Under the pieces are notes generated by a model. The model searched no databases, was not told the DNA's origin, and saw only the letters and a program-made list of their open reading frames with translations. A stretch of 40,197 bases of DNA from IMG/VR virus record IMGVR_UViG_3300019458_000018, positions 1 to 40,197 of that record; one strand, written 5' to 3'. Shown piece after piece: positions 6,328-14,472 of this stretch (within the stretch, counting starts at the first letter, position 1; each line of letters opens with the position of its first letter). The stretch is from a virus. Made by a program: the position numbers and the translations under genes.

Positions 6328-6365
6328 GCGGCCGGACCCTGCACGCGCCGGGCCGGACCGGCCCG

Positions 6366-6393
6366 GCGCGTAACATAATGGCACGCCGCGTGC
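6366..6393 (+). promoter_or_regulatory. Right copy of the 28-bp inverted-repeat element; sigma-54-type promoter candidate facing the rightward operon
   Basis: The plus strand reads gcgcgtaacataaTGGCACGccgcGTGCa. It matches the reverse complement of 5830..5857 at 26 of 28 positions. Confidence 0.55.
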
Positions 6394-7223
6394 AGAGACG
6401 CAGGGTCGTGCGGCTACACTGGTCCACGCTCTCTGTGGTCGCGACGTCTCCCGCGCTCGCCCGATGGCGGGCCGAGCACCCGCGTCCGGACACGTCAGCG
6501 CTCGCGATCGGGAGAGCGATCCACTGCGCGGTCCTCGAGCCCGCGCGCTGGCGGAGGGCGTACGCAGTCCAGCCGCCGCCGCCCGAGTGCCGGACGCGAG
6601 ACGGCCGGATCGCCGACGTGCCCCTCGCGACCAGCGAGGGCAAGCGCTGGCTCGCGGAGTGGAGAGCCAGCCTCGCGCTCGGATGCGAGGTGCTCTCCGC
6701 TGACGACCACGCGCTCGCAGAGACGTGCGCTCGCTCCGTGCGTGCGCATCGACACGCCGCCGCCCTGCTCGCCGAGGGGCACGCGGAGGTCTCGCTCTCG
6801 TGGGAGACCGACGGGGTCCCGTGCGGCGGCCGGCTCGACTGGATCGGGCGCTGCGTCGTGGATCTGAAGACCACGCGCCGCGAGTCGCTCCGCGAGATCG
6901 CTGCTGACTGCGCGCGGTACCTCTACCACGGACAGCTCGCGTGGTATCATGACGGCGCGGTCGCGGCGGGTGCCGTGGCCGCGGACTCGACGCCGCACCT
7001 GATCGCGGTGCAGACATGCGAGCCGTACGACGTCGCGGTGCTGCGCGTCCCGCCGGCCGTGCTGGAGATCGGGCGCTCGCTGTACCGCGCACTGCTCGCT
7101 CGGTATCGCGAGTGCCAGGCCGCCGGGTGGTGGCCGGGCATCGCACCCGAGGTAGTGGATCTGGACCTGCCGCACTGGGCGGCGGGCGGTGATGGCGGCG
7201 ACGCTGCCGAGGAGTGGTGGTGA
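6378..7223 (+). CDS. PD-(D/E)XK exonuclease (RecE/exonuclease VIII-like, DUF3799-type)
   Basis: Motifs: HWSTLS..SPA, GRAIHCAVLEP, GRLDWIGRCVVDLKTT, QLAWYHDG. The start is uncertain: ATG 6378 and GTG 6390 lie inside the putative promoter, and GTG 6408 is the last start that keeps the conserved N-terminus. Confidence 0.8.
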   Translation: MARRVQRRRVVRLHWSTLSVVATSPALARWRAEHPRPDTSALAIGRAIHCAVLEPARWRRAYAVQPPPPECRTRDGRIADVPLATSEGKRWLAEWRASLALGCEVLSADDHALAETCARSVRAHRHAAALLAEGHAEVSLSWETDGVPCGGRLDWIGRCVVDLKTTRRESLREIAADCARYLYHGQLAWYHDGAVAAGAVAADSTPHLIAVQTCEPYDVAVLRVPPAVLEIGRSLYRALLARYRECQAAGWWPGIAPEVVDLDLPHWAAGGDGGDAAEEWW

Positions 7224-7224
7224 C

Positions 7225-7560
7225 ATGGAGACGAAGCTCATCGAAATCCGAGACCGCGGGACGAAGATCGTCGCGCTCGCGACGCGCATGGTCCCGGCGA
7301 CCCCGCGCGAGTCGGCGCTGCTCTCGTGGTGCGGCTACGGGCCCGCGACCCCGCTCGTGGTCCTCGCCTACGCCGACCCGGACAACGGGGGCCGCACCGA
7401 GTGCCATCACGACCCGGTCGAGTGGCGGCTACACCGCGGCCGCACGATGCAGCGCGCGCACCTCCACCTCCAGGACCACTGGGACGACGTCGAGGACGGC
7501 GGCGTGGTAGACGTCGAGTACGTGGCGGGCGAGGTCGACGCACCAAAGGTGGCATCGTGA
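7225..7560 (+). CDS. Hypothetical protein (111 aa)
   Basis: ATG 7225 lies 1 nt after the exonuclease stop. Product: METKLIEIRDRGTKIVALATRMVP...DAPKVAS. The composition looks like real coding sequence. Confidence 0.7.
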   Translation: METKLIEIRDRGTKIVALATRMVPATPRESALLSWCGYGPATPLVVLAYADPDNGGRTECHHDPVEWRLHRGRTMQRAHLHLQDHWDDVEDGGVVDVEYVAGEVDAPKVAS

Positions 7561-7769
7561 GGCCGCTCACCCCTGGCGCGTACGTCGACCGGCTGCGCGC
7601 GATCCGCGCGCGACAGGACGAGGACATTGCAGCCGCGCAGGCGGAGGCCGCTGCGCACGTCGTCGCGCGGAACAGGGCACGCGGCGCTCGGCTCCTCGAG
7701 CGCGTGCCCGAGGCGGACCGGGAGGCGGCGATCCGGATGGTCTCCGCGGTGCTCGGGGACGTGCTGTGA
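7557..7769 (+). CDS. Hypothetical protein (70 aa)
   Basis: The GTG 7557 start overlaps the upstream stop (GTGA). The predicted product is helical. Confidence 0.55.
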   Translation: MRPLTPGAYVDRLRAIRARQDEDIAAAQAEAAAHVVARNRARGARLLERVPEADREAAIRMVSAVLGDVL

Positions 7770-8230
7770 CCGTCGGCGTCGCTGGCGGCGGAGACGACGA
7801 TGCGTGGCGCCGGCACGTCGTCGAGTGGCAGGGGCGCCGATGGGTCGCCGCGCTCCCGACGGGCGTCACTGCCGCGATGGTCCTCGTCGGGGCCGCGCAT
7901 TCGACCACGGCGGTCGACTGTCCCACTCCAAAGCAGATCCCGACGCGCCGCATCGGCACGGTGGATTTCCTCGCGCTCCGAGACTGGGCGGCACACGGGA
8001 CCGTGCGCGAGATCGCGGGCCGCATCATCGATCGCGCGCTGCTCCGTGAGTCGCTGCTACTCGTCCCGCCGTGTCAGCGCGTGACCCTGCGCGCGGACGA
8101 GGACCCCGAGGGCATGCTCCGGCTCGACGGCGATCCGTGGGTCGTACTCGTCATGCCGATGCGCATCACGGCTACCGACTATCACACGCTCGACGGCGAC
8201 CTAGAGTACCGCGACGAGGTCGACCCGTGA
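7766..8230 (+). CDS. Hypothetical protein (154 aa)
   Basis: GTG 7766 overlaps the upstream stop, and its own stop overlaps the ERF start. Confidence 0.6.
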   Translation: MTVGVAGGGDDDAWRRHVVEWQGRRWVAALPTGVTAAMVLVGAAHSTTAVDCPTPKQIPTRRIGTVDFLALRDWAAHGTVREIAGRIIDRALLRESLLLVPPCQRVTLRADEDPEGMLRLDGDPWVVLVMPMRITATDYHTLDGDLEYRDEVDP

Positions 8231-8973
8231 GCGACGACCACGCGATCACGACCACGGCACCCGCGCCAGTGGTACGCGTGCATCCGGTCGTACAGGCCGC
8301 GATCGCCGCCGGAGCGAGCCCGGCGGAGCTGCGCGAGATGCTCGCGATCCAGCGCGAGTGGGAGGCGGGCGAGGCGCTCCGGGCGTACACCCGCGCCCGC
8401 GTCGCCTTACGCCGCGATCTCCCGGCCGTGCTCGCGAAAGACACGCTAGTGGACTACACAGGCGCCAAGGGCCGGGTCCGCTACACGCACACGTCGCTCG
8501 CTGCCGCGATGGACGCCGTCACTCCCGCGCTGACGCGCCACGGATTCGCTCTCGCGTGGGTGCCCGGGCGCACGGAGCGCGGCGAGGTCGAGGTCACGTG
8601 CCGGCTGACGCACACGGACGGGCACTCCGAGACGTGCACGCTCTCCGCCCCGGTGGACACGAGCGGCCACAAGTCGACCGCGCAGGGAGTCGCGAGCACG
8701 ACCACGCTACTCTCGCGCTACACGGCGCTCGCTCTGCTCGGGATCGCGACGGCGGACATGGTCGAGCCGACTGGTGAGCCGAGCGCCGGGGACGTGGACC
8801 CGCGCCGCAATCTCCGCGCGGCCGCGCGGGTGGTCGAGCGGGGCAAGACCCGCGAAGCGGCGGAGGCGCACGTCGGGCGCCCAGTCGCGGAGTGGACGAC
8901 GGCGGACCTCGAGCGGCTGCGAGAATGGCTCGGACCCGCGCTCGATGGACGTGCGTCTGAGTGCGGGAGCTGA
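8227..8973 (+). CDS. erf: ERF-family single-strand annealing protein
   Basis: The core KDTLVDYTGAKGRVRYTHTSLAAAMDAVTPALTRHGFAL...GHKSTAQGVASTTTLLSRYTALALLGIATAD follows the ERF pattern (Y-x-Y-A-x-L, GL, GSA-x-TY-x-RRY). It pairs with the upstream exonuclease. Confidence 0.85.
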   Translation: MSDDHAITTTAPAPVVRVHPVVQAAIAAGASPAELREMLAIQREWEAGEALRAYTRARVALRRDLPAVLAKDTLVDYTGAKGRVRYTHTSLAAAMDAVTPALTRHGFALAWVPGRTERGEVEVTCRLTHTDGHSETCTLSAPVDTSGHKSTAQGVASTTTLLSRYTALALLGIATADMVEPTGEPSAGDVDPRRNLRAAARVVERGKTREAAEAHVGRPVAEWTTADLERLREWLGPALDGRASECGS

Positions 8974-8977
8974 TGCG

Positions 8978-9358
8978 ATGACCTCGAAGCGCCCGATCGT
9001 GGCCGTCCCTCTCTGGTACGCGACCACCGCTCCCGTGCCTCGGTCGCAGCGAGTCGCGCACGTCTGCTGGCACGACGCTGGCGCCGTGTGTGGCGCGGAC
9101 CTGCACGGTGAGGCCGTCGCCGTGGTCGCCCGCCGCTTCCGCCGGTGTCCGTCGCATCCGAGCCGTTCGCCGGCGCACACTTCGCCGTTCGCGGGTAGCG
9201 GCACCGTCGGCATGGTCGCGGTGATGCACGGCCGCCGCTTCGTCGGCTGCGAGCTAAATCCGGAGTACGCGGCGCTCGCCGAGAAGCGCATCGCTCACCC
9301 GGACTGGGACGGGCGCGAGGTCGATGCGGACGAGAGGCAGGCGACGCTATGGCCGTGA
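8978..9358 (+). pseudogene. Remnant of a beta-class DNA methyltransferase (only the C-terminal motif I region kept), possibly still translated as a 126-aa ORF
   Basis: The C-terminus SPFAGSGTVGMVAVMHGRRFVGCELNPEYAALAEKRIAHPDW parallels DPFCGSGTVGMVAVANGRDFVGIDLDERSVELAVKRISFPDW of the 3200..4204 enzyme. No SPPY/DPPY motif is present. A different frame (9151..9195) reads VASEPFAGAHFAV, compared with VPTVPFHGAHTAV in the intact enzyme. Confidence 0.5.
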
Positions 9359-10122
9359 GGCACTACGCCGACGACACCGCGGAACTTTGGGCGGCCGACG
9401 CCACGGACGCGGAGGCAGCGGCTCGGGTGCTCGGCGGCCGTCGAGCAGCGGCGCTCGTCGTGGACGCGCCGTACTCGGACCGCACGCACGCGGGGCACGG
9501 CGCCGGTACAGCGGCGGCGACCCGCGCCTACGCCGCGCGCGTGGCGAGCGGCGTAGGCGCGCCCCACCGTGACCTGGCCTATCCGTCGTGGTCCTCGGTC
9601 GAGGTCGAGGCGTGCTGCGCCGCGTGGCTGCCTCACGCCGCCGGATGGTGCGTGTCACTTACCGATCACATCCTCGCGCCCGTGTGGGACGCGGCGTTCC
9701 GCGCCCGTGACCTCTACGTGTTCGCGCCGCTGCCGCTCGTCGAGACGGGCTCGCGCGTCCGACTGACCGGCGACGGGCCGAGCTGCTGGACCTGCTGGCT
9801 CGTCGTAGCCCGCCCGCGCTCGCGCGAATTCGCGTCCTGGGGCACGCTGCCGGGCGCGTACGTGCAGCCTGCCGAGCGGCGCTTCAGCGACCGCATCGTC
9901 GGCGGCAAGCCGATCCGGGCGACGCGCGCGATCGTCGCGGACTACTCCCGCCCCGGGGACCTCGTGGTCGACCCGTGCTGCGGCGCCGGCACCACGCTGC
10001 TCGCCGCGCGCCTCGAGGGCCGCCGCGCCATCGGCTGCGACACGTCGCATGCGCACCTCCAGATCGCAGCGCGACGGCTGCGGCCGTACCCGCCTGGCTC
10101 GCTATTCGGGGAGGCGACGTGA
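9349..10122 (+). CDS. DNA methyltransferase, beta-class, with an atypical motif IV (DAPY)
   Basis: ALVVDAPYSDRTH (motif IV variant) comes before LVVDPCCGAGTTLLAARLEGRRAIGCD (motif I). Confidence 0.75.
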   Translation: MAVRHYADDTAELWAADATDAEAAARVLGGRRAAALVVDAPYSDRTHAGHGAGTAAATRAYAARVASGVGAPHRDLAYPSWSSVEVEACCAAWLPHAAGWCVSLTDHILAPVWDAAFRARDLYVFAPLPLVETGSRVRLTGDGPSCWTCWLVVARPRSREFASWGTLPGAYVQPAERRFSDRIVGGKPIRATRAIVADYSRPGDLVVDPCCGAGTTLLAARLEGRRAIGCDTSHAHLQIAARRLRPYPPGSLFGEAT

Positions 10123-11057
10123 CCGCGATCGAGTGGACCGACGCGACGTGGAATCCCACGCGCGGCTGCTCGCGCGTCTCCCCGGGCTGTGTGAACTGCT
10201 ACGCGGAGCGCGTCGCGATGCGCTTCTCCGGCGAAGGTCAGCCTTACGCCGGCCTCGCGAAGCTCCGCGGTGGCCGTCCGGGCTGGACCGGGAAGGTGCG
10301 GCTCGTGCCGGAGATGCTCGCGAGGCCGCTGCACTGGCGCAAGCCGCGGCAGGTGTTCGTCAACTCGATGTCGGACCTGTTTCACGAGGCGCTGTCGGAC
10401 GAGGAGATCGCTGCGGTGGTCGGCGTGATGGCCGCGTGTCCTCAGCACTCGTTTCAAGTCCTCACGAAGCGTGCGGAGCGGATGCTGGAGTGGTACGAGT
10501 GGGTGTCGGATGCCGAGGAGCCGCATCCGGCGAATCGCTGTGTCGCGCTGGCGGAGGATGCGCTTCGTGACTGGCGCGACGGCAAGGGCTGGTGGAACAA
10601 GCAATGGCCGCTCACCAACGTTTGGCTCGGCGTCTCAGTCGAGGACCAGGAGTGCGCGAACGAGCGCATCCCGCACCTGCTCGACACGCCGGCCGCGGTG
10701 CGGTTCCTCTCGTGTGAGCCGCTGCTTGGGCCGATCGACCTGACGCCGTGGCTCCCGTCGCTCGACTGGGTGATCGTCGGGGGCGAGAGCGGCCCCGACG
10801 CGCGCCCGTGCGAGGTCGAGTGGGTGCGCGCCCTCGTGCGCCAGTGCCGCGAGGCCAATGTGGCTTGCTTCGTCAAGCAGCTCGGGGCGCGGGTGCACCA
10901 TGTGCGGCGCTGGGAGCCGCCGCCGCTCCGCTACGAGCGCCTCGACCTCACCGGCTGCGCACACGCACACCGAATCTTGCTCCGGCACCCCAAGGGCGGC
11001 GACCCGCGCGAGTGGCCCGAGGACCTGCGCGTCAGGGAGTATCCGACGGAGCGCTGA
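10119..11057 (+). CDS. Phage Gp37/Gp68 family protein (DUF5131; three-Cys motif)
   Basis: The N-terminus IEWTDATWNPTRGCSRVSPGCVNCYAE is the family signature. The C-terminal part carries FLSCEPLLGPIDL and VIVGGESG. GTG 10119 overlaps the methyltransferase stop. Confidence 0.85.
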   Translation: MTAIEWTDATWNPTRGCSRVSPGCVNCYAERVAMRFSGEGQPYAGLAKLRGGRPGWTGKVRLVPEMLARPLHWRKPRQVFVNSMSDLFHEALSDEEIAAVVGVMAACPQHSFQVLTKRAERMLEWYEWVSDAEEPHPANRCVALAEDALRDWRDGKGWWNKQWPLTNVWLGVSVEDQECANERIPHLLDTPAAVRFLSCEPLLGPIDLTPWLPSLDWVIVGGESGPDARPCEVEWVRALVRQCREANVACFVKQLGARVHHVRRWEPPPLRYERLDLTGCAHAHRILLRHPKGGDPREWPEDLRVREYPTER

Positions 11058-12535
11058 TGGCACGCGTCTGCCTCACCGAGCCCAGCGAGACAGGTGGCAT
11101 TGGAGCCAGCGGGGTCCGCATCCTGGAGTACGCCCTCGTGCGCGCCGGTCACACCGTCACGCGCGTCCATGTCCATCGCCGGGGCAGCTCTCAGCTCCCA
11201 CTGCTCGACGGCGGCACGGTCGAGCTGACGGGCCGCAGCACACAACGGCCGGATGCCTGGTTCGTGAGCGCGCTCTATCCGCGGCAATGGCTCGACGTGC
11301 CGCGATTGCTCGCGCGCATCGGGGTACCCGCGCTCGCGGAGCACCGCGCCGCCAGCGATCCGCTCGTCGCCTTCGGCGGTCAGTCCGCCATCGCTCCCGC
11401 ACCCCTGGAACCGTTCGCCGACGTCATCGCACTGGGCGACGGTGAGCGGACCGGGCCGGAGCTGGCCGAATGGTGCGCGCGCGGTCGGGAGTATGCCCTC
11501 GCCCGTGCCGACGAGTCGCCAGGCTACATGGTCCCCTCCCGGACCCGGCAGCTGACGCGCGTCGAGTCCGGTGCGAATCTCATCGGGGAGCTGCTGCCGG
11601 GCAGACCGATGGTCGAGATCGCGCGCGGCTGCAAGAGCAAGTGTGCATTCTGCCCGATCGGCTGGGCTGGCGGCTCCTACCGCGAGGCGTCGGAGGCCCG
11701 CGTCATGGCGAGCATAGACCGTGTGCGCGGGAAGAAGCTGCTCCTCTACGCGCCCGACGGCTCCAGTGTCGACGGCATCGCGAGGTACGAGCAGCGGCTC
11801 CATCAGGCCGGCTGCGGGAATGCCGCACGGGATGCGCGCCTCGATCGGCTCATGCGTCACGCGGTGGCGACGGCCCGGAGCTACTCCTTCGGCATCGAGG
11901 GGCTGTCTGCCCGGCTGCGCGCCGCTATCGGGAAGCCGATAGCGGACGAGGACATCGTCGCTGCGCACGGCACACTGGCACGCGTCGGCGTCAAATCGGT
12001 CCGGTGGTACATGATCATCGGGCTGCCGGGCGAGGACGATGCCGACCTGCGTGAGTTTCTCGAGCTCCTCGACGCCGCGCACGCCGTCTTCCCTCGCTCT
12101 CTGAGCGTCACTCTTACGCACTTTCAGGCTGTCCCGCACACGCCACTCGGGCGTCTCGCGAACCGATACGACGAGCGGGCTGTGGCGCGCGGGCTTGCGA
12201 TCCGCGAGCACCTCCGACGTGCCTGGGAGGCGAGCGAACGCAAGACGCTCGCGAGTCAGCCGAAGGGTCGGGAGTTGCACGAGTCCGATGTCGCCTTGCA
12301 GCGAGGCCCGCGCGAGGTAGCGCACGCGCTCATCGAGCTCGGGGGGAACCGCGCGGCATTCGGGGACGGCCGGTGGCGCGAGACCTTCGCCCGGCATGGC
12401 GCCGATCCGGAGCGAGCCCTCGACGCTCATCCGGATGCCACACCCTGGGATCACGTCGTCACGGGCGCGAAACCCGAGAAGCTCCGCGCGGCCCTCGCCC
12501 GGTACTGGCACGAGGTCTCGGGAGCCCCGTCGTGA
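11057..12535 (+). CDS. Radical SAM enzyme with an N-terminal B12-binding-like domain (class B type)
   Basis: MVEIARGCKSKCAFCPIGW contains CxxxCxxC. The upstream part is Rossmann-like (LVAFGGQSAIAPAPLEPFADVIALGDGE). The ATG overlaps the upstream stop (TGATG). Confidence 0.8.
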   Translation: MARVCLTEPSETGGIGASGVRILEYALVRAGHTVTRVHVHRRGSSQLPLLDGGTVELTGRSTQRPDAWFVSALYPRQWLDVPRLLARIGVPALAEHRAASDPLVAFGGQSAIAPAPLEPFADVIALGDGERTGPELAEWCARGREYALARADESPGYMVPSRTRQLTRVESGANLIGELLPGRPMVEIARGCKSKCAFCPIGWAGGSYREASEARVMASIDRVRGKKLLLYAPDGSSVDGIARYEQRLHQAGCGNAARDARLDRLMRHAVATARSYSFGIEGLSARLRAAIGKPIADEDIVAAHGTLARVGVKSVRWYMIIGLPGEDDADLREFLELLDAAHAVFPRSLSVTLTHFQAVPHTPLGRLANRYDERAVARGLAIREHLRRAWEASERKTLASQPKGRELHESDVALQRGPREVAHALIELGGNRAAFGDGRWRETFARHGADPERALDAHPDATPWDHVVTGAKPEKLRAALARYWHEVSGAPS

Positions 12536-14004
12536 CGCCGCCCCCGCCGCGCGACTACCAGGTCCGCGCGATCGACCGGGTCCGCGCAGCCTGGACCGAG
12601 GCCCGGCGCGTCGTGCTCGTCATGCCGACCGGCGGCGGCAAGACGCGCACGGGTGGCGCCCTGGTCGAGGGGCGCACACTCTGGCTCGCGCACCGGATCG
12701 AGCTGCTCGACCAGGCGGCCGGGGCGCTCCGGGCGCTCGGGCACGACGTCGGGATCGTGTCGCCCCGGCATCCGCGCGAGCCCGCGGCCCCTGTGCAGGT
12801 CGCGTCCCTGGACACGCTCGTCGCCCGCTCGGGCGTGCGTCCCCCGGCAGAGCTCGTGATCCTCGACGAGTGCCACCACGCGGCGGCCGAGACGTACTCA
12901 GCGATCCTGGCGGCGTACCCGGAGGCTCGGCACCTCGGGCTGACGGCGACCCCGCAGCGGAGCGACGGCCGACCGCTCGGGGACCATTACGACCGGCTGG
13001 TCGTCGGCGCTCAGTACTCCGAGCTGACCGCCGCCGGACATCTCGTGCGCTGCCGGGTCGCGAGCACGAGCGCGAGCGAGGGCTACCTCGGGAGCGACCT
13101 GGCGCAGCAGCCGCTCGACGCATGGCGCGCGATGCCCGAGGGCCCGCGGCCCACGTTCGCGTTCGCCGCGAGCGTGGCGCAAGCGCACAAGTGGGCCGCG
13201 GAATTCGTGGCAGCCGGCATCCCGAGCGCGGCGATCGACGGTGAGACGCCGGCCCCGATCCGGGACGAGACGCTGACCGCGTTCCGAGCCGGCGAGATCG
13301 CCGTGCTCTGGAACGTCTACGTGCTCACGGAGGGCGTCGACGTGCCGGCGGCGTCCTGCGTGCTGCTCGCTCGCGGCGTCTCGCACGCGGGCCCATATCT
13401 CCAGATGGTCGGCCGCGTGCTGCGCCCGGCGCCGGGCAAGGTGGACGCGCGGCTGCTCGACCTGAGCGGTGCGGTGCACGTCCACGGGCTCCCGACGGCG
13501 GATCGGGAGTACGCGCTCGATGGCCGGCCGATCCGGATCTCGGGTGAGCCGCTGAAGAACTGCCCGCAGTGCGGCGCGTGCATCCCGGCGGCGCAGTCAC
13601 CATGCCCCGAGTGCGGATACGTCTGGCCCGAGAAGCCGCGACGCAAGCCGAAGATTTGGGACATCGCGCTCCAGTGGGAGGTCGACGCGGCCGGCGGCGA
13701 CCTCGCGGCGGTGAGCGACGAGGCCAAGCGCCGCGAGTGGGCTCGGCTCGTGCGCGAGGCTGAGCGTCGCGACTGGTCGCTCGGCTTCGTGCGTCGCGAG
13801 TGGTCGGCCCTCTTCGGTGCGCCGCCACCGGACGAGTGGGCCGCCGAGCTGAGCGCCGGGGCCCAGGTGCGCGAGCTGCGAAAGCTCCTCCATGTGGCGC
13901 GCGCTCGGGGCTACCGCGACGGGTGGGTCCGGCACCGGTTCCGGGCGCATTTCGGGCGGTGGCCGACGGCGGCGTTGCGGGCGGCGGCGGAGGGCGAGCG
14001 GTGA
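12532..14004 (+). CDS. SF2 DEAD/DEAH-type DNA helicase with a C-terminal zinc ribbon
   Basis: Motifs: MPTGGGKT (Walker A), ILDECHH (motif II), LGLTATP (motif III), QMVGRVLR (motif VI), CPQCGACIPAAQSPCPECG (zinc ribbon). GTG 12532 overlaps the upstream stop. Confidence 0.9.
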   Translation: MTPPPPRDYQVRAIDRVRAAWTEARRVVLVMPTGGGKTRTGGALVEGRTLWLAHRIELLDQAAGALRALGHDVGIVSPRHPREPAAPVQVASLDTLVARSGVRPPAELVILDECHHAAAETYSAILAAYPEARHLGLTATPQRSDGRPLGDHYDRLVVGAQYSELTAAGHLVRCRVASTSASEGYLGSDLAQQPLDAWRAMPEGPRPTFAFAASVAQAHKWAAEFVAAGIPSAAIDGETPAPIRDETLTAFRAGEIAVLWNVYVLTEGVDVPAASCVLLARGVSHAGPYLQMVGRVLRPAPGKVDARLLDLSGAVHVHGLPTADREYALDGRPIRISGEPLKNCPQCGACIPAAQSPCPECGYVWPEKPRRKPKIWDIALQWEVDAAGGDLAAVSDEAKRREWARLVREAERRDWSLGFVRREWSALFGAPPPDEWAAELSAGAQVRELRKLLHVARARGYRDGWVRHRFRAHFGRWPTAALRAAAEGER

Positions 14005-14381
14005 CCGCCGCGCGGGGCTCCGAGTACCGCGACAACGAGTCGCAGCTCTCCGCCGCGATCCGTCTCGCCCTCGGGCGCGTCCCGGACCTCGTACTCTGGC
14101 GCAATAACTCGGGCGTCGCGGAGTACAAGAACGGCGCGCGCGTGCGTTACGGGCTCGTGCCCGGCGCGTCGGACCTGATCGGCATCTACCGTGGCCGCTT
14201 CGTCGCGATCGAAGTGAAGACGCCGCGCGGTCGGGTGACGCGCGAGCAGCAGATGTTTCTCGACCTCGTCGCGCGCCTCGGGGGCATCGCTCGCGTCGTG
14301 CGGAGTGTCGAGGAGGCGGTGGCGGTGTTTCCTCCGGCCCGCTCGGATCTTGACGATGCGGGCGCTCCCGACGTAGCGTGA
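14001..14381 (+). CDS. VRR-NUC domain nuclease
   Basis: PGASDLIGIYRGRFVAIEVKTPRGRVTREQQMFLDLVARLGGIARVVRSVEEA follows the VRR-NUC D...E-x-K...Q pattern. Confidence 0.8.
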   Translation: MTAARGSEYRDNESQLSAAIRLALGRVPDLVLWRNNSGVAEYKNGARVRYGLVPGASDLIGIYRGRFVAIEVKTPRGRVTREQQMFLDLVARLGGIARVVRSVEEAVAVFPPARSDLDDAGAPDVA

Positions 14382-14472
14382 CCGGCCCCATGGCTAGGGT
14401 CGACCTGCTCGGCGCACCCGTCTTCACTCGCCGCCCCCCGGTGCTCACCAGCCATGGGTCCGGGGGGCGGCG

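Noticed and set aside
6378-6392. ATG 6378 (ORF-track start) as the true start of the exonuclease gene
   Set aside because: This was not rejected outright and the feature keeps this coordinate. However, the ATG sits inside the conserved 28-bp promoter-like element. The equivalent ATG in the left copy is out of frame with its gene, so the shared ATGGCACGCC is probably promoter rather than coding sequence. GTG 6408 is the likelier start.
6124-7410. 428-aa minus-strand ORF spanning the exonuclease gene
   Set aside because: Apart from its last 67 codons (called separately as a small HTH ORF), it is Arg/Pro-rich junk lying antisense to a gene with clear PD-(D/E)XK motifs.
9066-9081. Additional sigma-54-like matches inside coding sequence (TGGCACGACGCTGGCG at 9066; ATGGCACGCGTCTGCC at 11057; TGGCACGCGCCCGGCG at 1760)
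   Set aside because: The -12 box is weak or mis-spaced, the AACATAA upstream half is absent, and the sites lie within ORFs. Such partial matches are expected by chance in GC-rich DNA.
14387-14457. Inverted repeat CCATGGCT / AGCCATGG flanking about 50 nt between the VRR-NUC and Prim-Pol genes, considered as a terminator
   Set aside because: The stem is only 8 bp, the loop is very large and no T-tract follows. It is more likely incidental, though the 91-nt gap may still hold a promoter.
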